Source: Comamonadaceae bacterium (lineage in GTDB: Bacteria > Pseudomonadota > Gammaproteobacteria > Burkholderiales > Burkholderiaceae_C). Taken from it: a stretch of DNA of 43,398 bases. The position numbers were made by a program, and so were the translations under genes. Positions 1-9,851 of the stretch are shown here, one piece after another (within the stretch, counting starts at the first letter, position 1; every line of letters begins with the position of its first letter). The notes below the pieces were generated by a model. The model had not been told where the DNA came from and did no database searches. It saw only the letters and a program-made list of their open reading frames with translations. The stretch lies in assembly GCA_947451205.1 (NCBI GenBank), contig CANFZL010000001.1, positions 1-43,398 of the forward strand, written 5' to 3'.

Positions 1-267
1 CAAATCCGTGTTGTTTTTGGAACGACGGCTGATACGTATGCCGCCGTCTACGTCGACCACTTCTTCTTTGACCGTGTCAATCAGTTGGCTGTTGTAAAAG
101 TTAAATTGGCTGTAAGTCCAGCTTTGACCTACAGCCGGCGCTCGGACAGACCCTGCTGGCCCACCACTGACGATGTTGGAGGCGGCCAGTGGCGGAAGGT
201 ATTGAATCGCGCAGCCAGTGGGTAGCGCCAATAGCGCCAACAGTGATCGACGTTTGAAAATGTCCAT
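1..267 (-). CDS. Hypothetical exported protein / possible lipoprotein (partial, runs off window start)
   Basis: Not in the ORF track. Translated by hand from ATG 267 with no stop to position 1: MDIFKRRSLLALLALPTGCAIQYLPPLAA...RAPAVGQSWTYSQFNFYNSQLIDTVKEEVV. It has a basic RR N-region, a hydrophobic stretch and Gly-Cys. Confidence 0.7.
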   Translation of the reverse strand, partial: MDIFKRRSLLALLALPTGCAIQYLPPLAASNIVSGGPAGSVRAPAVGQSWTYSQFNFYNSQLIDTVKEEVVDVDGGIRISRRSKNNTDL

Positions 268-302
268 CTTTAGCTCACATTCAAACTGCAAGAATAGACG
301 CT

Positions 303-1256
303 TTAGCTATCCCAGTCGCCACCGCCCACGTCTGCGCTACCGCCGTCATCCCAAGAGCCGTTGTCCGTGACGCCAAAATTTTGGCCGCCCATGTTGCTGT
401 TGTTGTCAGCAATCGGCTCGAAGTTGTTGCTGTTGTTATTGTTATTGTTATTGGCCAGCCGTGACGATGTGTCATGACTGCCTTCGTTGTTGCCCATCAG
501 ACTTTTACCAATGGCTTGGGCTGCCATCATGCCCGCACCCACGGCCAAACCAGTAGCCAAACCACCGGCAAGAGTGCTACCCAGACCACTGGCCTGGGGC
601 TGACCATAGACGGGGGCGGCAGCAGGCGTGCCACCCATGCCAAATGTTTGTGGCCCGCTCAAACCATTGGAAGCCGGTGCCGGGCTGCCCATAGGAGCCT
701 GATTCGCATAAGAAGGCTGCGCATGGAATTCGACGGGCGCGTCTTTGCGACGAAACATGAAATAACCGAGAACCATCACGCCGCCGGCCAACAACAAAGG
801 CATGCCCCAAGAAAAAGAGGATGCCGGCGCAGCCGGAATGACTGAATTGCTAAAGTGGCTGGACGCTGAGTTGCCATTTCCATTACCGCCGCTGTTTCCC
901 GAAGCCTGCTGAACAGGCCGGGCAGAAATTTTGGCGCGTAAGCTCTGAACCGCTTCAGGCTTGGCGAATGGCAGGCCGGGAGCCAGCTTTTCAGCGGTGG
1001 CGAGCATGTCGCCCGCACGGCCATTCAGGCCTTGTCGGGCAAACAGTTCAGCCTGCACAAAGTGCGCCTTGGCACTGTTTGGATGGGCCACCAGGACTTG
1101 CTGGATCATGGTTTGAGCTTGGTCCATTTTCCCGGATTGAGCGGCCTCATAGACCTGATTCAAGGTGGGTTCGGACTGGGCGAAAGCCAGGCCAAAGCCC
1201 AGCATGGCGGCAATGGCAAGCCACTTGCCTGAGCGTTGCGTAAAAGCACTGAGCAT
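303..1256 (-). CDS. Tetratricopeptide-repeat membrane-anchored protein with Gly-rich C-terminal tail
   Basis: 317 aa. Signal peptide, TPR-like helices (HPNSAKAHFVQAELFA), low-complexity linker, one TM segment (WGMPLLLAGGVMVLGYFMFRRK), Gly/Ala amphipathic segment, and acidic Gly-rich end (DDGGSADVGGGDWDS). Confidence 0.8.
   Translation of the reverse strand: MLSAFTQRSGKWLAIAAMLGFGLAFAQSEPTLNQVYEAAQSGKMDQAQTMIQQVLVAHPNSAKAHFVQAELFARQGLNGRAGDMLATAEKLAPGLPFAKPEAVQSLRAKISARPVQQASGNSGGNGNGNSASSHFSNSVIPAAPASSFSWGMPLLLAGGVMVLGYFMFRRKDAPVEFHAQPSYANQAPMGSPAPASNGLSGPQTFGMGGTPAAAPVYGQPQASGLGSTLAGGLATGLAVGAGMMAAQAIGKSLMGNNEGSHDTSSRLANNNNNNNSNNFEPIADNNSNMGGQNFGVTDNGSWDDGGSADVGGGDWDS
433..453. repeat. (TTGTTA)x3.5 microsatellite encoding a poly-Asn tract
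   Basis: ttgttattgttattgttattg read directly; part of the NNNNNNNSNN run in the 303-1256 protein. Confidence 0.6.
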
Positions 1257-1293
1257 GAGATCACCTTTGAAGTGTTTAAACCGGACCGTTGCA

Positions 1294-1321
1294 ATTTGGA
1301 GGCATTCGAAGCCGATGCAAG
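1294..1321 (-). promoter_or_regulatory. Putative sigma32 (RpoH) promoter for the TPR gene
   Basis: Minus strand CTTGCA-N13-CCTCCAAAT resembles the CTTGAA-N13/15-CCCCATnT consensus; about 38 nt upstream of ATG 1256. Confidence 0.5.
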
Positions 1322-1346
1322 ACCTGCCTTGAATGGAGCTCGAAAT

Positions 1347-2363
1347 CTATTTGCTGTGACTTAGCGCCGTGCTGACTAATTTAGACGTGATATCGACAAT
1401 TTGAATCATTTTTTCGTAAGGCATGCGCATCGGACCGATCACGCCCAGCGTGCCGACGACTTGGCCATCGACTTCATAAGGCGCTGTCACCACAGAGAGT
1501 TCCTGGTACGGAATGACATGGCTTTCGCCACCAATGTAGATCCGAACGCCTTCGGCCCGACTGGAGACGTCCAGCAGCCGCATGAGTTGGGCTTTTTGCT
1601 CAAACAAATCAAACAACTTGCGCAGGCTGCTCATGTCGCCGGAAAAGTCGCTGACGGCCAGCAAATTGCGCTCGCCCGACACCACCACCTCTTCGCTAGC
1701 CTCGATGGCTTCGGCGCTGACTTTGACAGCGGCCTGCATCAGGCTGGCAATTTCGCCACGCAGAGCTTCAACCTCGTTTTTAAGCCGCTCTCGTACTTCT
1801 TCCATAGCCATGCCGGCGTAGTGCGAATTCAAGAAATTGGCGGCTTCGATCAACTGGCTCTGCGTGAAGTCAGTTTCAGTGAAGATCACGCGGTTTTGAA
1901 CATCGCCGTCAGGTGACACGATGATCACCAGGACGCGCCTGTCTGAGAGCCGGAGAAATTCAATGTGCCGAAACACCGACGTCCGCTTGGGCGCCATCAC
2001 CACGCCCACAAACTGCGACAGGCTGGACAGCATGTGCGCGGCGTTGGTCAGCACTTTTTGTGGCTGGTCGGGGGCCAGCATTTGGCCACCCATCAAGCCG
2101 GAACCAAGATGGCTCGGTTGCAGTGTCAGCATGGTGTCGACAAACAGCCGGTAACCCCGAGCTGTTGGCACCCGTCCAGCCGAGGTGTGCGGGCTGATGA
2201 TCAACCCCTGCTCCTCCAAGTCACTCATCACATTGCGGATGGTGGCAGGCGAGAGTTCCACCCCCGAGGCCTTGGACAGCGTGCGTGAGCCCACCGGCTG
2301 GCCGTCGGCAATGTAGCGCTCCACCAGCGCTTTGAGCAATAACTTCGCACGATCATCAAGCAT
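1347..2363 (-). CDS. hrcA: Heat-inducible transcription repressor HrcA
   Basis: [30 protein letters not shown] and GVIGPMRM.Y motifs; divergent from nadK. Confidence 0.97.
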   Translation of the reverse strand: MLDDRAKLLLKALVERYIADGQPVGSRTLSKASGVELSPATIRNVMSDLEEQGLIISPHTSAGRVPTARGYRLFVDTMLTLQPSHLGSGLMGGQMLAPDQPQKVLTNAAHMLSSLSQFVGVVMAPKRTSVFRHIEFLRLSDRRVLVIIVSPDGDVQNRVIFTETDFTQSQLIEAANFLNSHYAGMAMEEVRERLKNEVEALRGEIASLMQAAVKVSAEAIEASEEVVVSGERNLLAVSDFSGDMSSLRKLFDLFEQKAQLMRLLDVSSRAEGVRIYIGGESHVIPYQELSVVTAPYEVDGQVVGTLGVIGPMRMPYEKMIQIVDITSKLVSTALSHSK

Positions 2364-2412
2364 GCTGGCGATTCTACGGATTCAAGCGTCTCGGTTGTGA
2401 TGTAATTTAAAA

Positions 2413-3288
2413 ATGAAGTCAAAATTCCGACACGTCGCCCTGATTGGCAAGTACCACGCCCAAGGCTCGCGGTCGGCGCTTGAAGGCATCGCACAATTTT
2501 TGGGCGCACAGGGTTGCGAGGTGGCGATTGAAGAAGACACCGCCAGCAACGCCGGAATCACGACTTACCCGACTTTCAATGTCGCGCAAATTGGGGCGCA
2601 ATGCGACCTCGGTCTGGTGGTCGGCGGAGACGGCACCATGCTTGGGATTGGCCGGCAACTGGCGCAATTTGGCGTGCCGCTGGTCGGCATCAACCAAGGC
2701 CGGCTTGGGTTCATCACCGACATCGCTTTTGAGGACTACCAAACCACACTGGCGCCCATTTTGCAGGGCCATTACGACGAAGACCCACGCTGGATGATGC
2801 AGGCCAAAGTGGTTCGCGATGGGCACTGTGTTTTCAATGCCACGGCCATGAATGACGTCGTGGTGAACCGTGGCGCGTCGGCGGGCATGGTCGAGCTACG
2901 GGTTGAAGTCGACGGCCGCTTTGTGGCCAACCAGCGGGCTGACGGTTTGATCATTGCGTCACCCACCGGCTCCACGGCTTACTCGCTGTCGGCGGGTGGG
3001 CCTTTGCTGCACCCGTCGATTGGCGGCTGGATATTGGTGCCCATCGCTCCGCACAATTTGTCGAACCGCCCCATCGTGCTGTCAGACAAAGGCGAGATCG
3101 CGGTTGAAATTGTGGCCGGCCGCGACGCCAGTGCTAACTTCGACATGCAAACCCTCACCAGTCTGCTGCACGGCGACCGCATCATCGTTCGACGTTCTGA
3201 GCACCAAGTGCGCTTTTTGCACCCGGTCGGCTGGAGCTACTTTGACACTTTGCGCAAAAAACTGCACTGGAATGAAGGCCTCGCCTGA
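2413..3288 (+). CDS. nadK: NAD(+) kinase
   Basis: GGDGT, NDVV and [21 protein letters not shown] motifs. Confidence 0.97.
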   Translation: MKSKFRHVALIGKYHAQGSRSALEGIAQFLGAQGCEVAIEEDTASNAGITTYPTFNVAQIGAQCDLGLVVGGDGTMLGIGRQLAQFGVPLVGINQGRLGFITDIAFEDYQTTLAPILQGHYDEDPRWMMQAKVVRDGHCVFNATAMNDVVVNRGASAGMVELRVEVDGRFVANQRADGLIIASPTGSTAYSLSAGGPLLHPSIGGWILVPIAPHNLSNRPIVLSDKGEIAVEIVAGRDASANFDMQTLTSLLHGDRIIVRRSEHQVRFLHPVGWSYFDTLRKKLHWNEGLA

Positions 3289-3291
3289 GCC

Positions 3292-4935
3292 ATGAGCCTG
3301 AAACGCATTTACCTCCGGGACTTTGTCATCGTTCGCGAGCTGGAGCTTGAACTCGCCAGCGGCTTTACTGTGCTCACGGGCGAGACCGGTGCCGGCAAAT
3401 CGATCTTGATTGACGCCCTGCAACTCGCACTGGGCGCCCGCGCAGACGCCGCCGTGGTGCGGGAAGGCGCTGAGCGCTGCGAGATCAGTGTGGCCTTCAG
3501 CTGCACCGCGCCCCTGTTGGCTTGGCTAGAAGACAAAGGCCTGCCGATTGAAGACGACTTGCTGCTGCGGCGCACGATTGATGTGCAGGGCAAGAGCCGC
3601 GCATGGATCAATGGCAGCCCAGCCACCGCCACGCAGCTCAAAGACATCGCCGACCAGCTGGTTGACATCCACGGCCAACACGCTTGGCAAAGCCTGACCC
3701 GACCTGACTCAGTGCGCGGATTGCTGGACGCCTACGCGGGCGTGTCACTGCTCAAACTGAGTCCTTGCTGGCAAGCTTGGCGCGCCGCCCAAAAAACACT
3801 CGACGAAGCCCGTAGCGCACAAGACAGCCTGCAACGTGAACAAGAACGGCTAACCTGGCAAATTGGCGAGGTGGACAAATTGGCGCCGGGTGCCGACGAA
3901 TGGAATGAGCTCAGCACGCAGCACAGCCGCCTGTCGAACGCGCAGGCTTTACGCGATGCCGTTGAAGCGGCGCTGAATGTCTTGCAAAATGCCGACGACA
4001 ACGCGTGCAGCCTGCTGGGCCGGGCCATGTCGGCACTGCAGGCGCAAGCGAACATTGAGCCGCAATTCGCCGGCCCGCTGGAAGTTTTATACAGCGCCTT
4101 GGCACAAGCTGAAGACGCCGTGCACTCCCTGAACGGCTACGCCCGGCATTCCGAGTTGGAACCACAGCGCCTGAACGAGTTGGATGAACGACTTGCCAGC
4201 TGGGTCAGTTTGGCGCGCCGCTACAAACGCCCGCCTGCCGAGTTGCCCGAGTTGCTGGCCAGCTGGCGGCAAGAGCTGAAAAAGCTGGATGCCGCCACCG
4301 ATTTAGCGGGGCTAGAACGCGCGGTCAGCAGCGCGCAAACAGCGTATCTGGCCGAGGCTAAAACCATCACCGCCGCGCGCACCAAAGCAGCACCAGCGCT
4401 GGGCAAGGCCATCACCGCTGCCATGCAAGGTTTGGGTATGCAGGGCGGCCAGTTTCAAGTCACGCTTGGCAAGCTGGAGCAAGCCGCAGCGCACGGTCTG
4501 GAGCAAGCCGAATTTTTAGTCGCGGGCCACAGTGGCAGCACACCGCGCCCGGTCGGCAAAGTGGCGTCTGGAGGCGAGTTGTCGCGCATCGCGCTGGCCA
4601 TTGCGGTCACCACCAGCCAACTGGGCCAAGCAGAAACACTGATTTTTGACGAGGTTGATTCTGGCGTCGGTGGCGCAGTAGCAGAAACGGTTGGCCGGCT
4701 GATGAAGCAACTCGGCAAAGACCGTCAGGTGATGGCCGTGACCCACCTGCCGCAAGTCGCCGCCTGCGCTGACCAGCATTTGTTGGTGGCCAAACGCAGC
4801 GACAAAACGGGCACCGCCAGCACCGTGAGCGCTGTCGACAGCGAACAACGTGTCGCCGAAATCGCCCGCATGATGGGCGGAGAAAAACTCTCAGGCACCA
4901 CACTGGCCCACGCCAAAGAAATGCTCGGCCAATGA
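3292..4935 (+). CDS. recN: DNA repair protein RecN
   Basis: Walker A GETGAGKS, coiled coil, ASGGELSR signature, [18 protein letters not shown]. Confidence 0.97.
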   Translation: MSLKRIYLRDFVIVRELELELASGFTVLTGETGAGKSILIDALQLALGARADAAVVREGAERCEISVAFSCTAPLLAWLEDKGLPIEDDLLLRRTIDVQGKSRAWINGSPATATQLKDIADQLVDIHGQHAWQSLTRPDSVRGLLDAYAGVSLLKLSPCWQAWRAAQKTLDEARSAQDSLQREQERLTWQIGEVDKLAPGADEWNELSTQHSRLSNAQALRDAVEAALNVLQNADDNACSLLGRAMSALQAQANIEPQFAGPLEVLYSALAQAEDAVHSLNGYARHSELEPQRLNELDERLASWVSLARRYKRPPAELPELLASWRQELKKLDAATDLAGLERAVSSAQTAYLAEAKTITAARTKAAPALGKAITAAMQGLGMQGGQFQVTLGKLEQAAAHGLEQAEFLVAGHSGSTPRPVGKVASGGELSRIALAIAVTTSQLGQAETLIFDEVDSGVGGAVAETVGRLMKQLGKDRQVMAVTHLPQVAACADQHLLVAKRSDKTGTASTVSAVDSEQRVAEIARMMGGEKLSGTTLAHAKEMLGQ

Positions 4936-5822
4936 GCACCGACCCGACTGCTCCGCAAGCTATGGAAATGGTGCTGATCACCGGCATGTCAGGCTCCGGT
5001 AAATCCGTCGCACTGAATGCACTTGAAGACGCCGGCTATTACTGCGTCGACAACCTGCCGCCCGAGTTGCTGAACAGTTTTGTCGCCCTTGAGCTGAAGC
5101 ATGGCGCGAGCCGTGTGGCGATTGCCATGGACGTTCGCAGCGCCGCTTCGCTGCCGCAAGTGCCGCAGCAACTGCGTGCACTGCGCGAGCAAGGCATTGC
5201 CGTCAAATCTATTTTTCTGGATGCCAGCACCGACACACTGGTGCGTCGTTTTTCAGAGACCCGGCGCATGCATCCGCTGTCGCGTGTGGGTGTTGCAGAC
5301 CAGCACCGGGCGCTGGTCGAGGCGATTGAACTCGAACGTGAATTGCTCGGTGACATGCGTGAACAAGCCTTGGTGCTCGACACCAGCATCATCCGTTCGT
5401 CGCAATTACAGGCGTATGTCAAGACGCTGATTTCGGCCCCGGCAGACCGCCTCACGCTGGTGTTTGAATCCTTCGCATTCAAACGGGGCGTGCCACTGGA
5501 CGCCGACTTTGTTTTTGATGTCCGGATGCTGCCGAATCCGCATTATGAAAGCGAGTTGCGCGACCTCACTGGCCGCGATCAACCGGTGGCTGACTACCTG
5601 CAGTTGCACCCTGAAGTCGCTGCGATGTTCACCAGCATTGAGCAGTTCATCAACCGGTGGTTGCAGGCGCTGGTACGCGACCACCGAAGCTATGTGACGG
5701 TGGCCATTGGCTGCACCGGCGGCCAACACCGATCGGTCTACTTGGTGGAAGCGCTGACGCTGGCTTTCAGCCAGCAATGGCAAACACTGAAGCGACACCG
5801 GGAACTTGACGCCTTGCGCTAG
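4932..5822 (+). CDS. rapZ: RNase adapter RapZ
   Basis: [50 protein letters not shown] overlap with recN; the start could be 4962. Confidence 0.95.
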   Translation: MSTDPTAPQAMEMVLITGMSGSGKSVALNALEDAGYYCVDNLPPELLNSFVALELKHGASRVAIAMDVRSAASLPQVPQQLRALREQGIAVKSIFLDASTDTLVRRFSETRRMHPLSRVGVADQHRALVEAIELERELLGDMREQALVLDTSIIRSSQLQAYVKTLISAPADRLTLVFESFAFKRGVPLDADFVFDVRMLPNPHYESELRDLTGRDQPVADYLQLHPEVAAMFTSIEQFINRWLQALVRDHRSYVTVAIGCTGGQHRSVYLVEALTLAFSQQWQTLKRHRELDALR

Positions 5823-5877
5823 CCTTTCATTTAAAAATGCACTGAATAACTCGCTCCCAACTGGCGCAGCATAGAAC

Positions 5878-7125
5878 ATGAACAATCCAGCGATCTCAAC
5901 GTTGCCTCGCAGTGGTCTAACTGCAGCGCCTGAAAAAGGCCTGACTGCGCAGGCGGCTGCCATACCAGTTCTGATATCACTGAGCTTTTGCCACCTGCTT
6001 AATGATCTTATTCAATCCCTGATCCCCGCTTTATATCCGCTGTTCAAACAGGAATTCAACCTTAACTTTGCTCAGATCGGCATCATCACGCTGGCCTTTC
6101 AGATGACCGCATCGCTGCTACAACCATCCATCGGTTATTACACCGACAAGCGACCCCAGCCTTACTCACTCGCGATTGGCATGTGCTCAACGCTGATCGG
6201 ACTGCTGCTGCTGTCGGTTGCGCACAACTACCAGGCGATTCTTTTTGCGGCCGCTCTGGTCGGCACAGGCTCCGCTATTTTTCACCCAGAGGCATCCCGC
6301 GTCGCACGCATGGCTTCTGGTGGCCGCTATGGCACCGCCCAGGCCCTTTTTCAAGTTGGCGGTAACGTTGGGCAGGCCGTCGGTCCGCTGCTTGCCGCCT
6401 TTATCGTCCTGCCGCGTGGACAGGGCGCCATCGCCTGGATCTCACTCGCAGCGCTCGTTGCAATGGGGATTCTCACACGCATAGGCATGTGGTACAGCGC
6501 ACGCTCACGCCCGGGTCACGCTACGGCACGCGCAACGACCCAAAAGCATCATTTGTCTCGTGCACGGGTCTTGTTCCTGGTCAGCGTGCTGATGTTTTTG
6601 CTGTTTTCTAAAAACGTCTACAGCTCTAGCCTGACCTCCTTCTTTACCTTTTATCTGATCGAACGCTTTCATCTGCCAGTGCAAGCGGCGCAGATCCAGC
6701 TGTTTATTTATATGGCCTCAATCGCAGTGGGGACGTTGGTCGGTGGCGCCCTGACCGACCGGATTGGTCGTCGGCCCATGATCTGGATTTCCATTCTGGG
6801 CGCCCTGCCCTTCACGCTGGCGCTTCCCTATGCAAACCTGTTCTGGACGGGCGTGCTCACGATCGTGATCGGCATGTTGATGGCCTCGACCTTTCCAGCC
6901 ATTTTGGTGTTTGCCCATGAGCTGATTCCGGGTCGTGTCGGCCTGGTCTCCGGCATGTTTTTTGGATTTTCATTCGGCCTCGGCGGCTTGGGTGCGGCCG
7001 TCCTGGGTCACATCGCCGACTCACAAGGCATCGCGTTCATCTACCAGCTCTGCTCTTATCTGCCGGCGCTTGGCCTGATTGCCTGGTTTTTGCCTAATCT
7101 CAGCGCACTCAAATCAAAGGCCTGA
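5878..7125 (+). CDS. fsr: MFS transporter, Fsr (fosmidomycin resistance) family
   Basis: 415 aa, about 12 TM segments; HLLNDLIQS, SAIFHPE.SR.ARMASGGRYG.AQ.LFQVGGN and ELIPGRVG..SG.FFG are typical of Fsr. Confidence 0.85.
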   Translation: MNNPAISTLPRSGLTAAPEKGLTAQAAAIPVLISLSFCHLLNDLIQSLIPALYPLFKQEFNLNFAQIGIITLAFQMTASLLQPSIGYYTDKRPQPYSLAIGMCSTLIGLLLLSVAHNYQAILFAAALVGTGSAIFHPEASRVARMASGGRYGTAQALFQVGGNVGQAVGPLLAAFIVLPRGQGAIAWISLAALVAMGILTRIGMWYSARSRPGHATARATTQKHHLSRARVLFLVSVLMFLLFSKNVYSSSLTSFFTFYLIERFHLPVQAAQIQLFIYMASIAVGTLVGGALTDRIGRRPMIWISILGALPFTLALPYANLFWTGVLTIVIGMLMASTFPAILVFAHELIPGRVGLVSGMFFGFSFGLGGLGAAVLGHIADSQGIAFIYQLCSYLPALGLIAWFLPNLSALKSKA

Positions 7126-7189
7126 GACGTCTAGTGACAGCACCGCACTGGCGAGACCAGTAGCGACGCAAAGCGTGTGTCGCAAGGCA

Positions 7190-7816
7190 CTACGGCCGGG
7201 TTTGACCCAACGCGGACCCCAAGCAAGGATGGGGACGTTGGTGTCATCAGCGAAAGGCGAGCCGTGCGTAGCGATACCTGTACTAGAGGTCAACATCCAG
7301 TTGGGTTTGAAGATGAACTGCAAGTCTCCTGAAACATCTGGGTTGAAAAATTTGCGCATGGCGTCGACATACGGCGCGCCGGCTTGGCTAACGCTGAGCA
7401 ACGCCTTGCGGGTGAAGGCCACGGCAAAACCGGGCTCTGACTTGATACGTGTACGGGCGGCTTCGGCCATGTCGTTGGCATCGATTTTTTTCTCGTCGAG
7501 CATGGCCTTGTTGAACAACAGAGAAGAGCCTGAGAGACTGACCCACTTGACGGGGCCAAAGCGTGATTCCAGTGCGATGTTCAAACGACCCAGAGCTTGC
7601 GTACCATTGATGCGGCTCCGCGGCAATGGCGGCACGGGCACATGCCACCTCAGGCAACAACAGGCCCCTCTGACTTTTGAAATAGCTATCGGTCATTTTT
7701 CATTCATTGACGGCATTTACCCAGGCCGGGTGCTCGTTCATGTAAAAAATGCTCGATGCAAACTGCTCGCTCTGGCTGATAGCAAGTGCAGCTTGCCGCA
7801 CCCGGATCACCTTGGC
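7190..7816 (-). pseudogene. Decayed alkaline phosphatase superfamily (PafA / nucleotide pyrophosphatase-like) gene
   Basis: Hand translation gives AKVI...SEQFASSIFYMNEHPAWVNAVNE*KMTDSYFK...LLPE with an in-frame TGA at 7700-7702. After a frame change it reads ...SGDLQFIFKPNW...ATHGSPFADDTNVPILAWGPRWVKPGR, where THGSP..D..VP is the family's C-terminal motif. The N-terminal catalytic region is missing. Family assignment is from memory. Confidence 0.7.
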
Positions 7817-7961
7817 CGTCGATTTCACGCAGGTCTTGCATGAGCTTCAAGCGAAAAGCCACCGAATCCATGCCAGTAGCTTGCGTCACCTCGTCAATGA
7901 AGCGCTTCTGGCCAAAGTGCGTTTGCATTGCTTGCGGCGCACACATGTGGACCGTACGCAT
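7817..7961 (-). pseudogene. Fragment of xanthine dehydrogenase family molybdopterin-binding subunit
   Basis: RTVHMCAPQAMQTHFGQKRFIDEVTQATGMDSVAFRLKLMQD resembles the RAPG..Q..FA.ESF.DE.A...G.DPV.FRL motif; only about 48 codons, with degenerate key residues. Confidence 0.65.
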
Positions 7962-7999
7962 AGTTGTTGAACTTGACGTTTTGCGCTAACCGACAACTG

Positions 8000-8722
8000 T
8001 CAGCGCCAGGCAGCCCAGAGCAGGGACAAGCCTGAACACAGCATCAGCGTGTCCAAAAGCCAAGCGAACGCGTTGGGGTTGAGTCGAACCACCATCACTT
8101 TCCCTGCGTAGGTTCCCAGCATCAATGATGCGCCTACGATTGCGCCCTGCAGCAGCGTGCTGGCTGGCATCGCACCGAGATGCCGAAAAGTTGCTACTTT
8201 ACTGATGTAAAGCGCCAAGGCACTTGCGGCCTCGGTGGACAAAAACGCACCCGCGGTCAAACCATACGACGTAAAAACAGGAACGCTGAGCGGCCCTGTT
8301 GAGAGTATCAGACCGGTTAAGAAGCCAATGACAGCGCCGGCAAAGGAGAGGGCCCACAAGTTCATGCGCCGGCCTTTGCGGATATGCCAACGCCTAAAAG
8401 GAATCATGGCCAAGAAGAACAAGCCAAGCGCTGCCTCAATGGCGCTGGGCGGCAAGGCCAATAGTGTGCGTGCGCCGATAGCTGCGGCCGGAACGCCGGG
8501 GACCGTATAGGCCGCGACAGCTTTCCAGTCGACCTGTCGCCACCAGACGGCCACGCGCGCCATGTTGCCCATGACGGCGGCGACTGCCATGATGGGTACC
8601 GCCTGCTTGGGTCCGTAGGTGTAAACAAGGACTGGTAACAGCATCATGGACGACCCTGTACCGATGATGCCGCTCAGGCAACCCGCGCCAAGCCCGACGA
8701 TCAATACAAAAAAATAAGACAT
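8000..8722 (-). CDS. Sulfite exporter TauE/SafE (TSUP) family membrane protein
   Basis: 240 aa, highly hydrophobic; GLGAGCLSGIIGTGSSMMLLP N-terminal motif with an internal repeat GFLTGLILSTGP. Confidence 0.85.
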   Translation of the reverse strand: MSYFFVLIVGLGAGCLSGIIGTGSSMMLLPVLVYTYGPKQAVPIMAVAAVMGNMARVAVWWRQVDWKAVAAYTVPGVPAAAIGARTLLALPPSAIEAALGLFFLAMIPFRRWHIRKGRRMNLWALSFAGAVIGFLTGLILSTGPLSVPVFTSYGLTAGAFLSTEAASALALYISKVATFRHLGAMPASTLLQGAIVGASLMLGTYAGKVMVVRLNPNAFAWLLDTLMLCSGLSLLWAAWR

Positions 8723-8725
8723 CGT

Positions 8726-9832
8726 TCAATCAGACGCGTCGAATTCAAGCAGTTTGCGTACCGGCGCTGGCAGCCCAAGTGCCTGCCAAGCCGTCGGCCC
8801 AAACCAAGCCCCAGCTCGCTCTTGTGTGGTCAGCTCATTGGCCAAAGTCTGGCTGGCAGCCAACTGGCTGACGAATGGTTTCAGGTGCAGATCCTTGTGC
8901 GTTAAGACGTGCACAAAAGGTGTTTGCGGTGCCAGCTTGGCGCGTGCAGCAGCGGGCACTGCTTCGCTCAAGGCCTCTTCGCTGTCAAACACCGGCAAGC
9001 AGTACAAACCGCCCCAGATGCCGCGCGTCGGACGCCGCTCTAACCACACTGCACCATCACTGCGCTGTGCCCACAACAACCACAGCGCGTGCGAGCTGCG
9101 TTTGAGTTTGCGCGTCTTGACCGGATAACTTTCGGGCCGACCTTCGCGGTGCGCGGCGCACAAATTTTGCACTGGACAAATCAGACATTGCGGCTGGCGT
9201 GTCGAGCAGACCGACGCACCCAAGTCCATCACGCCTTGCGTGTAGGCTGGCATGTGCTCGGCTGACGGCAGCAGCTGACCCGCCAAGTCCCACAAAGTGC
9301 GCTCGGCAGACGCTTGGGCCAGATCAGCCGAATACGCCAACACGCGCGTCAACACGCGTTTGACATTGCCGTCTAGGATGGCCACGCGTTCGCTGAAACA
9401 AAACGAAGCGACAGCCGCAGCGGTCGAGCGGCCAATGCCTGGCAAGGTTTGCAAGGTCAAAGCGGACATCGGAAAAACGCCGCCGTGCTCACTGACCACC
9501 AACTGCGCGCAGCGGTGCAGATTGCGAGCGCGGCTGTAGTAACCCAGACCGCTCCAAAAGCCCAGCACCTCATCAAGCTCCGCCGCAGCCAAGCTGAGGA
9601 CGTCTGGAAAGCGCTGCAAAAAACGGTCGTAATAGTCCAGCACCGTGCTCACTTGTGTCTGCTGCAACATGATCTCAGACAACCAGACGTGGTACGGATC
9701 GCGGGTGTTTTGCCATGGCAGGCTGCTGCGGCCGTGCTGCTTTTGCCAGGCCACCAAATCGGTGGCGAAGCGCAGCGGCAAAACATGAAGTGGTGTTACA
9801 GCCGATGGTTCGGCGGAAAGTTTTTTGGTCAT
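8726..9832 (-). CDS. mutY: A/G-specific adenine glycosylase MutY
   Basis: WLSEIMLQQTQV, WSGLGYYSRARNL, HhH LPGIGRSTA, DGNVKRV, 4Fe-4S C..PQCLICPVQNLC. Start reset to ATG 9832 because the longer ORF overlaps mutM. Confidence 0.95.
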   Translation of the reverse strand: MTKKLSAEPSAVTPLHVLPLRFATDLVAWQKQHGRSSLPWQNTRDPYHVWLSEIMLQQTQVSTVLDYYDRFLQRFPDVLSLAAAELDEVLGFWSGLGYYSRARNLHRCAQLVVSEHGGVFPMSALTLQTLPGIGRSTAAAVASFCFSERVAILDGNVKRVLTRVLAYSADLAQASAERTLWDLAGQLLPSAEHMPAYTQGVMDLGASVCSTRQPQCLICPVQNLCAAHREGRPESYPVKTRKLKRSSHALWLLWAQRSDGAVWLERRPTRGIWGGLYCLPVFDSEEALSEAVPAAARAKLAPQTPFVHVLTHKDLHLKPFVSQLAASQTLANELTTQERAGAWFGPTAWQALGLPAPVRKLLEFDASD

Positions 9833-9851
9833 ACGCAAAGATTTAGAAGGC

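Noticed and set aside
7079-7843. 254-aa plus-strand ORF downstream of fsr
   Set aside because: Antisense to the phosphatase remnant; the recognisable motifs are on the minus strand.
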